The position numbers and the translations under genes were made by a program. From the NCBI GenBank assembly GCA_964385495.1, contig CAYLPH010000021.1, positions 38,738-102,737 of the forward strand: a stretch of 64,000 bases of DNA, read 5' to 3'. The notes under the pieces are model-generated. The model was given only the letters and a program-made list of their open reading frames with translations, ran no database searches and was not told the DNA's origin. The DNA comes from an uncultured Candidatus Solibacter sp. (GTDB lineage Bacteria; Acidobacteriota; Terriglobia; Bryobacterales; Bryobacteraceae). Shown here piece after piece: positions 15,208-23,927 of the stretch. How positions within the stretch are numbered: the first letter of the stretch is position 1; each line of letters opens with the position of its first letter.

Positions 15208-16404
15208 ATGCGGCTGAAACTCTGGACGCTACGTTTCGCGCTGCCCGCCGCGGCGCCCCTTTATGGCTATGCCGAATCGGACGCGGAACGCCGTCAGCGC
15301 TTCGCCCGCATGTCGCGCGAGGCGGAAGCCAAGGGCTTGGCCGAAGCCTTTAAGGGCGTCACGGCCAATGGCATCGCCGAAGCCGGCCTTTTCCCTATCC
15401 GCGCCACCAAGGTCAGCACGAAACCCATGCGCGACGCCGCTACCGCCTTCCTGGCCTCCCTCTCGCCGGAGCAGCGCGGGCAAACCCAATTCCCCATCGA
15501 CGACCCCGAGTGGCGCAAGTGGATGAACCAGCATTTCTACCAGCGTCAGGGGATCGGGTTCATCGACATGTCCGACGCGCAGAAACAGAAAGCCTTCGCG
15601 CTCATGAAGGCGTCGCTGAGCGCCAAAGGCTTTGATGTCGCCCGCAAGTCCATGCAACTTAACCACACCCTGGGCGAACTTAATAACAACGACTTCGAAC
15701 AGTACGGCGAGTGGCGCTACTACCTCACCATCATGGGCGAACCGTCCGACAAAAGGCCTTGGGGCTGGCAGATCGACGGCCACCACCTCATCGTCAACTA
15801 CTTCGTGCTGGGCGATCAGGTGGTGATGTCCCCCACCTTCCTTGGCTCCGAGCCCGTTATCGCCCGTTCCGGCAAGTTCGCCGGCGTCGCCATCCTGCAG
15901 GACGAGCAGAGCATGGGCCTGCGGATGATCCGCGCGCTTGACGACAGCCAGCGGCAGAAGGCAGTCCTGCAGGTTTCGAAAACCGGCAACAACAACCTAA
16001 CCGAAGCTTTTAAGGACAACATCGTGCTCGACTATGCGGGCGCCCCGGTCTCCTCCTTCACGCCGGCCCAGAAGAAGCAGCTTTCGCAACTCATCAACGA
16101 GTATGTCCGGCACATGGACGACGGCCACGCCAGGATCAAGATGCAGGAGGTGGAGAAGCACCTCGATCGCACGTACTTCGCCTGGATTGGCGGCACCGCC
16201 GACGACAGCGTTTACTACTACCGCATTCACAGCCCCGTCCTGCTGATTGAGTTCGACCACCAGCGCCCAGTCGGCATGCGCCACCTGATGAAAGACCCGA
16301 ACGTTCCCTTCAAGGACCACATCCATTCCGTGATTCGCACGCCCAATGGCAACGACTACGGCAAGGATTTGCTCCGCCAGCACTACGCCACCAGCCGCCA
16401 TTAG
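15208..16404 (+). CDS. DUF3500 family protein (secreted)
   Basis: From the ATG at 15208: MRLKLWTLRFALPAAAPLYGYA.... The conserved blocks WRKWMNQHFYQRQG, YYLTIMGEPSDKRPWGWQIDGHHLIVNYFVLGDQVVMSPTFLGSEP and YYRIHSPVLLIEFDHQ are typical of DUF3500. Confidence 0.8.
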   Translation: MRLKLWTLRFALPAAAPLYGYAESDAERRQRFARMSREAEAKGLAEAFKGVTANGIAEAGLFPIRATKVSTKPMRDAATAFLASLSPEQRGQTQFPIDDPEWRKWMNQHFYQRQGIGFIDMSDAQKQKAFALMKASLSAKGFDVARKSMQLNHTLGELNNNDFEQYGEWRYYLTIMGEPSDKRPWGWQIDGHHLIVNYFVLGDQVVMSPTFLGSEPVIARSGKFAGVAILQDEQSMGLRMIRALDDSQRQKAVLQVSKTGNNNLTEAFKDNIVLDYAGAPVSSFTPAQKKQLSQLINEYVRHMDDGHARIKMQEVEKHLDRTYFAWIGGTADDSVYYYRIHSPVLLIEFDHQRPVGMRHLMKDPNVPFKDHIHSVIRTPNGNDYGKDLLRQHYATSRH

Positions 16405-16417
16405 CCGATAGATAGGC

Positions 16418-17815
16418 ATGCGACGCCGCCGTTTCCTGGCCGGGCTGTTCGCCAGCGCCGGCGTACGGGCCCACGCGCAGGCGGATGCCCCGGAAGCCAT
16501 CACCACCGTCTCCGATGCGGCCGCTCTGCGCCGCGCTCTATCCGGGGCGAAGCCCGGGTCGGTCATCGAGTTGGCCGACGGCCCGTGGCGTGACCTTGAC
16601 CTGGTCATCGACGCCGAAGGCACGCCGGACGCCCCCATCCAGGTGCGCGCGGCCAGCCAGGGCAAAGTCCTGCTCCAGGGGCGCAGCCGCCTGCGTTTGG
16701 GCGGGCGGCATATCAACGTCTCCGGCTTGCGCTTTGAGGGTTCTGAAGACACGGGCGAGATCATCGCCTTCCGCAGCAGTACCGCACGCCTGGCCGAACA
16801 CTGCCGTGTTTCCCATTGCTCCATTGTCAACGCCGCCCCAGCCGACACAGCGGCTAACACGAAGTGGGTCTCGCTCTATGGCGCCGCCAATCGCTTCGAC
16901 CATTGCTACCTGGAAGGCAAGAAGAATCTCGGCACTACGCTGGTTGTGTGGCTGCGCGACGGCGCTCCGCCCAACGAACACCAAATTGATCACAACTACT
17001 TCGGTTACCGGCCGCCCCTGGGCCAGAACGGCGGGGAAACCATCCGCGTTGGCGACAGCAACACCTCGATGCTGGCGTCCCGCACCCGCGTCTTCTCCAA
17101 TTACTTCCACCGCTGCAACGGCGAAGTAGAGATCATCTCCAACAAAAGCTGCTTCAATCACTACTACAACAACACGTTCGAGGAATGCGAAGGCGCGCTC
17201 ACGCTTCGGCATGGCAACGATTGCCGTGTCGAGGCGAACTGGTTCCTTGGAAATGGGAAACCCAATACCGGCGGCGTGCGCATCATCGGCGAACGCCACG
17301 AAGTCATCAACAACTACTTCGCCAACCTCACCGGACGCGATGCCCGCGCCGCGTGCAGCCTCATGAACGGAATGCCGGACTCTCCCCTGAACGGCTATTT
17401 CCAGGTGCGGTACGGCGTGGTCGCGTTCAACACGTTTGTGAACTGCGCCGAGCCCTTCGCAGCCGGCATTCACACGCGGGCCGATGCGGTGCTGCCTCCC
17501 ATGGGCGTCATCGTCGCCAGCAACGTGATCACACCGGCGGCAAACCCCGCCATCCGCTACGCCGATGAACGTAGCGAACTGCGGCTGCTCGCCAACTTCT
17601 TCGACAAGGACCCCGGCTTGACCGAGCACGAAGGCATCTGGCGGCCTACCAAGGACAGCCCCGTAATCGGAGCCGGCACGACGGAAGTGGCGGTATCCGT
17701 GGATATCGACGGCCAGCCGCGCACCGATCCGCGCGATGCCGGCTGTGACCAGATTTCGGAGTCACCCATCGCTTGGCCACGCATCGGCCCGGGCGTTCTC
17801 GACGAACTGCTTTAG
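16418..17815 (+). CDS. polysaccharide lyase family 6-like right-handed beta-helix protein (alginate lyase / chondroitinase-B type)
   Basis: 465-aa ORF with a TAT/Sec leader MRRRRFLAGLFASAGVRAHA. ...ELADGPWRDLDLVIDAEG...NVSGLRFEGS...NHYYNNTFEECEGALTLRHGNDCRVEANWFLGNG...GVRIIGERHEVINNYF matches the PL6 pattern from memory. Confidence 0.7.
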   Translation: MRRRRFLAGLFASAGVRAHAQADAPEAITTVSDAAALRRALSGAKPGSVIELADGPWRDLDLVIDAEGTPDAPIQVRAASQGKVLLQGRSRLRLGGRHINVSGLRFEGSEDTGEIIAFRSSTARLAEHCRVSHCSIVNAAPADTAANTKWVSLYGAANRFDHCYLEGKKNLGTTLVVWLRDGAPPNEHQIDHNYFGYRPPLGQNGGETIRVGDSNTSMLASRTRVFSNYFHRCNGEVEIISNKSCFNHYYNNTFEECEGALTLRHGNDCRVEANWFLGNGKPNTGGVRIIGERHEVINNYFANLTGRDARAACSLMNGMPDSPLNGYFQVRYGVVAFNTFVNCAEPFAAGIHTRADAVLPPMGVIVASNVITPAANPAIRYADERSELRLLANFFDKDPGLTEHEGIWRPTKDSPVIGAGTTEVAVSVDIDGQPRTDPRDAGCDQISESPIAWPRIGPGVLDELL

Positions 17816-18454
17816 CTACTGATGTACGATAGCGCGCTCGTTGCTGGTGTCCAGGTCCACCCATTTCACCAGCAACTTGTGAGCCGCGACCCTGCTCTCA
17901 ATCCCCGGCCGCTTCAGGAACTCGTGAAAGCGGGACTGGCGTTCGTCCACGGCCTTCGCCAGATTCGGATATTGCTTGCGCTGGTCCGGGTTCTTGGCCA
18001 TCTTCTCGGCAGCGCAATCGGTATGGGTGGTGAACACCACCACCTCCACGCCATTGTTCACCGCCAATTCCAGCATGTCCTCGTCCTTCTCGTCCAACGC
18101 CGATCCGGCCATGCGCAGAACGTAATAGTAGCGGCGCGTGTCGCCGGCAATCTCGTTGGTATCCAGGCGCGCGTCCATGCAGGTCACTAACGCCACCAGC
18201 GGATGCCGCGCCGAACGAGGGAACGTCGTTCGCACCAGCGACGCCAGCCGGTTCTGTTCGCTGAACTCATTCCAGACCTCCTCCGGAGTGGCATGGGTGT
18301 GCTTGAAATCGTAAGCATCCAGGCGGTCCTGGAGCCGGTAGCCTAAGTTGATCAATGCGCCGCCGGTGAGGAATTGCAGGCGGTTGCTAAGCAGAAGGGC
18401 TGCGCCTCCGGCCAGCGCTAACAGTATGAGAAAACTGCCAGCTTTCCGTATCAT
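17816..18454 (-). CDS. membrane-anchored beta-carbonic-anhydrase-like protein
   Basis: 212-aa ORF with an N-terminal TM (FLILLALAGGAALLL), the CxDxR motif in LVTCMDARLD and the HxxC motif in FTTHTDCAA. Confidence 0.55.
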   Translation of the reverse strand: MIRKAGSFLILLALAGGAALLLSNRLQFLTGGALINLGYRLQDRLDAYDFKHTHATPEEVWNEFSEQNRLASLVRTTFPRSARHPLVALVTCMDARLDTNEIAGDTRRYYYVLRMAGSALDEKDEDMLELAVNNGVEVVVFTTHTDCAAEKMAKNPDQRKQYPNLAKAVDERQSRFHEFLKRPGIESRVAAHKLLVKWVDLDTSNERAIVHQ

Positions 18455-18488
18455 TTGGCACCGATTATAGCTCCGGGCGCCGCTGGCG

Positions 18489-19478
18489 TCACTCGCGGAG
18501 GGCGTTCTTCGGGATCTTCACCGCCATTACGCCAGCCAGGGTGACCACGTCGTACCTGGCCTGATGGCCGATCAGCAGGTGTGCCGCAACCGGTTCGATA
18601 CCGCGCTCCTCGATGAGCCAGCGCAGCATGTCCGCGTTCGCCGTGGCGAGTGCGTCGTTGAGCGAGTTTGACTGCGCCGTGCGTCCGCCGACGCTGATGA
18701 GATATTCGGCGTTCTCCAATCGCGGCGTGGTAAGGTTGGCGCGCTTCTTCAATTCGACGCGGAATTCGACATCCAACGACGTCTCGATGCCGGAACCCAC
18801 TGCCTCGCCGTCTCCTTCGAGCGCGTGGCCATCGCCGATGAAGAGATAGGCGCCTGGGAGGCTGACCGGCAGCATCACGGTGGCGCCTTCGCGCACTTCC
18901 TTGTAGTCCAGGTTGCCGCCATAGGTGCCCGCGGGCCCGGAGGTGGGCGGTTTGTCGAGGTCTGGGGCCACCCCGATGCAGCCCAACATCGGCGATACGG
19001 GAAAGCTGAGACTCACTTTGCCGCTCAGCTTCTCTTTAGGCCTGGCGGTGCCTGCCTTGCGATCAAGAACGAAGGGAATAAGGTCGGTGCGGCCGGGCAG
19101 CACGGCGCCTTCCTGGTAGGCCGGAGGTGCGTATTTGTCGCGCGCCTCCGGAGGAACGGCGCCCACGCGGAAGGCCGTATAACCCGTATCTCGATTGAGA
19201 CGCACTTTCTCCAGATGGATGATGAGCGCGTCACCGGGTTCGGCGCCCTCGATGAAGAAAGGGCCAGTCAGCGGATTGCCGTGAGTCTTGGTGTGGCGAA
19301 CGCCGGCGTAGTCAAAGCCGGCCGAGTCCACAGTCTTGGTAATCACACGGTCCCCGGGCTTCAGCCGCGCCTGGATGGGATGCTCCTTGGAGAACGTGTG
19401 ATAGTTGACTTCATTGACCACGCGGTGCGTTTCGCCATGTGCCGTGGCGAGAGCGGTCAGCAGCAGCGGAAGCAGCAT
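18489..19478 (-). CDS. acetamidase/formamidase family amidohydrolase (signal peptide)
   Basis: 329-aa ORF. ...GNPLTGPFFIEGAEPGDALIIHLEKVRLN...GGNLDYKEVREGATVMLPV..GAYLFIGDGHALEGDGEA is typical of the FmdA/AmdA family. Confidence 0.85.
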   Translation of the reverse strand: MLLPLLLTALATAHGETHRVVNEVNYHTFSKEHPIQARLKPGDRVITKTVDSAGFDYAGVRHTKTHGNPLTGPFFIEGAEPGDALIIHLEKVRLNRDTGYTAFRVGAVPPEARDKYAPPAYQEGAVLPGRTDLIPFVLDRKAGTARPKEKLSGKVSLSFPVSPMLGCIGVAPDLDKPPTSGPAGTYGGNLDYKEVREGATVMLPVSLPGAYLFIGDGHALEGDGEAVGSGIETSLDVEFRVELKKRANLTTPRLENAEYLISVGGRTAQSNSLNDALATANADMLRWLIEERGIEPVAAHLLIGHQARYDVVTLAGVMAVKIPKNALRE

Positions 19479-19481
19479 GGG

Positions 19482-20360
19482 TTAGGGCCTCCGATACTTA
19501 GCGGGGATGCGATAGGCAAGCCCCGCATAGCGGAACTCTTCCGCGGCTTGGAAACTGGTGCCCTGGGCGGCGATGCGAGCCAAACCCAGGATATTCTCAT
19601 GCACCAGGGCGTTGATGCTGGCCTCGTTGATGGCTTGCAGTGCCGGCAGGCGTCGATTCGTGGTGTCCAGCCGCGCTTTCAGCCTTCGCGCCACGGCGTC
19701 ATTCGTGGTCTTCAACGCCTGCGCCGCCTTCTCCTTGGTAGCTAACGTTGCGGCGATATCGAATTGCTTCACCTGCGGTACGAAGGTTTCCGTGCTTTCC
19801 GCATCGCGCCGGCGCGGGTCTACGGGCTGCCCGAAGTAGAACACTTCCGGGACCAGGTGCGGCTTCAGTCCGCTGGCCGTAAACGGCGGAAGATGATTCT
19901 CCAGAGCAGCAGCGTTCCAGGCATCCTCGGCGGCGCGCCCGGTATGGTGACGATCAAAGGCGCGCTCGTACTCGATGTAAGGGTTCGGCAGGAACAGAAT
20001 GCCAGGCTTGTAGTGGCGGATGTAGAAGATCAGCTTGTCGCGGAGGGTGGTGAAGGGAATGTCCGCCAGTTCTCCCGCCCGGTAGCCCAGCGAGATCACC
20101 TCCTTAACGCCTAACACGCGCGCCGCCGCCTCGCTCTCCGTCTTCGTTCGCAGCGCTGCCTCTTCGGGAGACAGGTCCCATGCGTCCTTCTCTTCGTTAG
20201 AGACACGAACGACGTGGATAGCGGAACCTTTGGCTGCCATCGCCGCCAGCGTTCCACCCGCGGCCTGGATGTAATCGGCCGAGTCCGCCGTGATCACCAA
20301 TACGGTGGGCTGCTGCGCCATTGCGCAGACGTGCAGGAAGAGTGCGGCAACCAGCTTCAT
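19482..20360 (-). CDS. PIG-L/LmbE family paralog with a degenerate metal motif (signal peptide)
   Basis: 292-aa ORF. VLVITADSADYIQAAGGTLA occupies the position of the canonical VxAHPDDExxGxGGT, and FDRHH occupies the position of HPDH. Confidence 0.7.
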   Translation of the reverse strand: MKLVAALFLHVCAMAQQPTVLVITADSADYIQAAGGTLAAMAAKGSAIHVVRVSNEEKDAWDLSPEEAALRTKTESEAAARVLGVKEVISLGYRAGELADIPFTTLRDKLIFYIRHYKPGILFLPNPYIEYERAFDRHHTGRAAEDAWNAAALENHLPPFTASGLKPHLVPEVFYFGQPVDPRRRDAESTETFVPQVKQFDIAATLATKEKAAQALKTTNDAVARRLKARLDTTNRRLPALQAINEASINALVHENILGLARIAAQGTSFQAAEEFRYAGLAYRIPAKYRRP

Positions 20361-21292
20361 TGCTTTTGGATGTTCCGATTCAGATAGTCTTTCAGGCCCG
20401 GCAGATGGTCAAACTCGTCCAGGAAGTAGTAGTCTTCGGCGTACTTCGTTCCAGCCTGCTTGCCGATCTTGCGCGATTGCCAGTTCATGAACCACTCCTC
20501 CATTTGCACGGCGATGGCCTGGTCGTCCAGGTTCGCGAACTCGGGGACTGTGAGGTTCTGCTTCGCCAGGGTGGCTTGCAGCGCGCGGGCCGACGCCGGG
20601 TGCGCGTAGACATTGCGATGCGTCTGGTACGCAATTTCCTTGCGGCGCTGCTGCGCTTCGTTGAAAGAGAAGGCGCCATTTGGCGTGTGGCCAAGTCCCC
20701 AATCCAGCCTCGCCTTTCCGATGAGGTATGCCGCCTGGTGTGGCGTAACCCCCAGTTTGAAGTGCTCCGGATGCACATTGGCCAGACCCGCCATCCAGTA
20801 CGCTTCCGCCATCGCACGGCCCACGTTGCGGTGATCCGGATTCTTCTGGTAGTGCTCCCATGGATTGTGGCCCACCACGATGTCTGGCCGCAGCTTACGG
20901 ATCAGGAAGATGAGTTGCGCGCGCAATTCGTTCAAAGGAATGGACGCCGTATAGTCGTTGCGCCAGTTGAGGCTGATGACCTCCTTCATCCCAAGCACCT
21001 TCGCGGCCGCCACGCTTTCGCGATGGTTGATGTTATCGTTCTCAGCCGGAAGGGCCACGCCGTCCTTCTCGTCGTTAGAGGCGCGCACATAGTAAACGTC
21101 GTAGCCCTCGTCGACGAAGCGCGCCAGCAGGCCTCCCATGCCGTAGTCCGTGGTGTGGTCGTCATGATGCGGTTGCGGCACCAGCACAACCTTGCCAGGA
21201 GGCAACGGCAGCAGCGGCAGCGTTTGTCCGGAGGCAGCGGCCAGGAGAAGTGCGAACAGAATCGCCATGGCGGTTGGGGGACATCGTAGCAC
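20357..21292 (-). CDS. PIG-L/LmbE family deacetylase (canonical motifs, signal peptide)
   Basis: 311-aa ORF. VVLVPQPHHDDHTTDYGMGGLLA and ...HNPWEHYQKNPDHRNVGRA keep the His/Asp motifs. The likely start is the ATG at 21268 (MAILFALLLAAASG). There is a 4-nt overlap with the downstream paralog. Confidence 0.8.
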   Translation of the reverse strand: MLRCPPTAMAILFALLLAAASGQTLPLLPLPPGKVVLVPQPHHDDHTTDYGMGGLLARFVDEGYDVYYVRASNDEKDGVALPAENDNINHRESVAAAKVLGMKEVISLNWRNDYTASIPLNELRAQLIFLIRKLRPDIVVGHNPWEHYQKNPDHRNVGRAMAEAYWMAGLANVHPEHFKLGVTPHQAAYLIGKARLDWGLGHTPNGAFSFNEAQQRRKEIAYQTHRNVYAHPASARALQATLAKQNLTVPEFANLDDQAIAVQMEEWFMNWQSRKIGKQAGTKYAEDYYFLDEFDHLPGLKDYLNRNIQKQ

Positions 21293-21323
21293 GGTTCCCG
21301 CGTTACACTTGGTTTCTCTGGCT

Positions 21324-22205
21324 ATGCGCTATCTGCTTCCGCTATTGATGCCGCTCGTGCTGTTGGGGCAGTCCAAGAGTGTTCTGGTGATCACGTCCAC
21401 GCCTGGGGATTACCTGATGGCCGCCGGAGGCACGCTGGCCTCGCTGATCGAGCAGGGCTATACGGTCAACGTGGTGCAAGTGGGTAACGATGAGAAGCGC
21501 TCTCTGGGTTTGAGCCCCGCCGATACACGCTTGGCGAACAATCGCGAAGGCGAGGAGGCGGCTCGCATGCTGGGTGTGCGGGAGGTCTTTCTGCTGAATC
21601 ACAAGAGCGGCGAGCTGTCGCAGGCCGGCGTGAATGAGATCCGCAACCAGATTTTCGGCATGGTGCGTCACTACAAACCCCAGATCATCTTTCACCCTGA
21701 TCCGTGGATTCACTATGAACCGAACCACGATCACTTCTTCACAGCCCGTCCCGCCGAGGAGTTCAGCTATGGCAGCGGGCGTTATGTAGGTGAGGAGTTC
21801 ACCAAGATGGGCCTGCCGCCGGTTGGTGTGCGGGAGACTTACTACTATTCGCCCTACCGGCCCTATCGCCCCGGCGAGGGTGGACATAACGCCGCGAAGT
21901 TTCGGCCCGTCGACATCACCAAGCACTTCAACCTCAAGGTGGCGGCGTTACAGAAACTGGAGACCGCGAACCGTGTGTATGCCGCCCAGGTGAAGCAGCG
22001 GCTGGAACTCGCCGGCAAGCCGTCACGCCTGCTGGCCGAACTGAACCGCGCCTCCATTGCCGAACTCGTGCGCGCCTACGTGGAGGAACTGGCCGAGACC
22101 ATCGGCCAGAAGCATGGCTTCCGCTATGGGGAAGAGTTCAACTGGCATGGTAGTGGCGGCGGAATTCCGGAGCACATCCGCGAGAAGGCGAAAGAGATTC
22201 GTTGA
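21324..22205 (+). CDS. PIG-L/LmbE family paralog with a degenerate metal motif (signal peptide)
   Basis: From the ATG at 21324: MRYLLPLLMPLVLLGQSKSVLVITSTPGDYLMAAGGTLA. TSTPGDY replaces AHPDDE, and the later block is HPDPWIHYEPNHDHF. The gene is divergent from the other two paralogs. Confidence 0.7.
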   Translation: MRYLLPLLMPLVLLGQSKSVLVITSTPGDYLMAAGGTLASLIEQGYTVNVVQVGNDEKRSLGLSPADTRLANNREGEEAARMLGVREVFLLNHKSGELSQAGVNEIRNQIFGMVRHYKPQIIFHPDPWIHYEPNHDHFFTARPAEEFSYGSGRYVGEEFTKMGLPPVGVRETYYYSPYRPYRPGEGGHNAAKFRPVDITKHFNLKVAALQKLETANRVYAAQVKQRLELAGKPSRLLAELNRASIAELVRAYVEELAETIGQKHGFRYGEEFNWHGSGGGIPEHIREKAKEIR

Positions 22206-22208
22206 CGC

Positions 22209-23075
22209 CTACGGTTCGCGCCCTGGGAACTCCGCCCGAAAACTGACGATCCGCTTCTGGTCCGCATCGGTGACGTACACCGTGCGTCCATCCGGACCTC
22301 CAAATGTGAGGTTGGTCGGCATCTTGCCCAGCACATCGATCTCGCGCAGGACCTTGCCTTCGGGCGACATTACCACCACGGTCCCCTTGCCGTGCCGTGT
22401 GATGTAGAGATTGCCCTTCACGTCGCAGCGCATGCCGTCGAAGCCAAAATCCGGGAAGTCGGCGAGTTTCCGCTTGTTCGTGATATCGCCGTTGGGCAGG
22501 ATGTCGAACACCCACACGTTCCGCTGCACACTCTCGTTCACATAGAGTTTCTTGCCGTCGGGACTCACTTCGATTCCGTTGGTAGTGCCCATATCCGCCG
22601 CGAGCTTCTTAATTCGCCCCTTGGTGTCGATGCGCCACAGTTGCCCCGTGCTCTCCTTCCAATTCGGATCGCTGGCGTAGAGCATGCCGTTCGGCGCCAT
22701 GGCGAGGTCATTCGGCTGGTTCATCGTTGGCTCATGCGCGAACACGCTGAACTTGCCTGTCTTCGGATCCATCAGCAGGATGTTGTGGTTGCTGTAGTCG
22801 GCAACGAACATGCGCCCCTTGCGATCAAAGCGAATGCCGTTGGCCAGTGAGCCCTGCGTGAACTCCACCAGAATCGTACCCTTGCCGTCTGGAGTGAACT
22901 TGCCGATGGTCGGCTTGCGCTGGTAGCTGACGGCGTAGAGATTGCCGGCCTTATCCACGGCGGGCCCCTCGGCTTCGGCCGTGAAACTGCCCGCGGGCGT
23001 GAACGGCGTTGCCTGATATAGATCCTCGGCGAAGGCGGCGGACGTCAATAAGAGGGCAAACACGGAGATGCGCAT
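22209..23075 (-). CDS. SMP-30/gluconolactonase/LRE family beta-propeller protein (signal peptide)
   Basis: 288-aa ORF with repeated ...GNLY..., ...PNDLAMAPNGMLYASD..., ...TNGIEVSPDGKKLYVNES..., ...DGMRCDVKGNLYIT... blades. Confidence 0.85.
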   Translation of the reverse strand: MRISVFALLLTSAAFAEDLYQATPFTPAGSFTAEAEGPAVDKAGNLYAVSYQRKPTIGKFTPDGKGTILVEFTQGSLANGIRFDRKGRMFVADYSNHNILLMDPKTGKFSVFAHEPTMNQPNDLAMAPNGMLYASDPNWKESTGQLWRIDTKGRIKKLAADMGTTNGIEVSPDGKKLYVNESVQRNVWVFDILPNGDITNKRKLADFPDFGFDGMRCDVKGNLYITRHGKGTVVVMSPEGKVLREIDVLGKMPTNLTFGGPDGRTVYVTDADQKRIVSFRAEFPGREP

Positions 23076-23927
23076 TTGTTTCCCATGGTAACGCCGCCGT
23101 GCTCTACTGAGAGCGTGTCAACCCTTTGGAACGCCTTCCAGGCTGGAAAGAAGCCCATCATCGGCATGCTCCATGTCCCCGCATTGCCTGGCTCGCCGCG
23201 GAACCGGCTGAACCTGGATGCCATTCACGACTGGGTGATGCAGGATGCCCGCGCGCTGGCGGACAGCGGTGTTGACGCGTTGATGCTGGAAAACTTCGGC
23301 GATGTGCCGTTCTACCCGGACCGCGTTCCTGCCCATACCCTGGCGTTCCTGACGGTGATCGCGCGCGAGGTGCGGCGAGGCGCTGCCCTTCCCCTGGGGA
23401 TTAATGTTCTGCGCAACGACGGCGAAGGCGCCATCGCGATTGCCGCCGCGGTTGGCGCGGAGTTCGTGCGCGTGAATGTGTTCACCGGCGCGCGGCTTAC
23501 GGACCAGGGCCTGATCCAGGGCGCCGCGCACCAGTTGCTCCGCTATCGCCACTCGCTCGGCGCCGCTGTTAAGGTTCTGGCCGACGTGAACGTGAAGCAT
23601 TCGGCTCCGCTGGCGCCGCGCGATCTGGCCGAAGAGGTGGAAGAGACCATCGGCCGGGGTTGTGCCGACGGCATTATCGTCACGGGAGCGGCGACCGGTA
23701 AGCAGACGCCGCTGGTTGATCTGCGCCGCGCGGTGGCCGCGGCCCAGGGAACGCCCGTGCTGGCCGGTAGTGGAGCCGACGCGCAAACTATTGGGGCGGT
23801 GCTGGCCATCGCCGATGGCGTGATTGTTGGTACCGCCTGTAAACGGGACGGCGTGACGGTGAATCCCGTGGATCCGGAGGCGGTGCGGCGTATCGTGACC
23901 GCGGCGCGCACCGGACTTACGGTGTGA
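23076..23927 (+). CDS. BtpA/SgcQ family TIM-barrel protein
   Basis: 283-aa ORF. IIGMLHVPALPGSP...DALMLENFGDVPFYPDRVPAHTLAFLTVIAREV...LGINVLRNDGEGAIAIAAAVGAEFVRVNV is typical of BtpA. Confidence 0.8.
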   Translation: MFPMVTPPCSTESVSTLWNAFQAGKKPIIGMLHVPALPGSPRNRLNLDAIHDWVMQDARALADSGVDALMLENFGDVPFYPDRVPAHTLAFLTVIAREVRRGAALPLGINVLRNDGEGAIAIAAAVGAEFVRVNVFTGARLTDQGLIQGAAHQLLRYRHSLGAAVKVLADVNVKHSAPLAPRDLAEEVEETIGRGCADGIIVTGAATGKQTPLVDLRRAVAAAQGTPVLAGSGADAQTIGAVLAIADGVIVGTACKRDGVTVNPVDPEAVRRIVTAARTGLTV

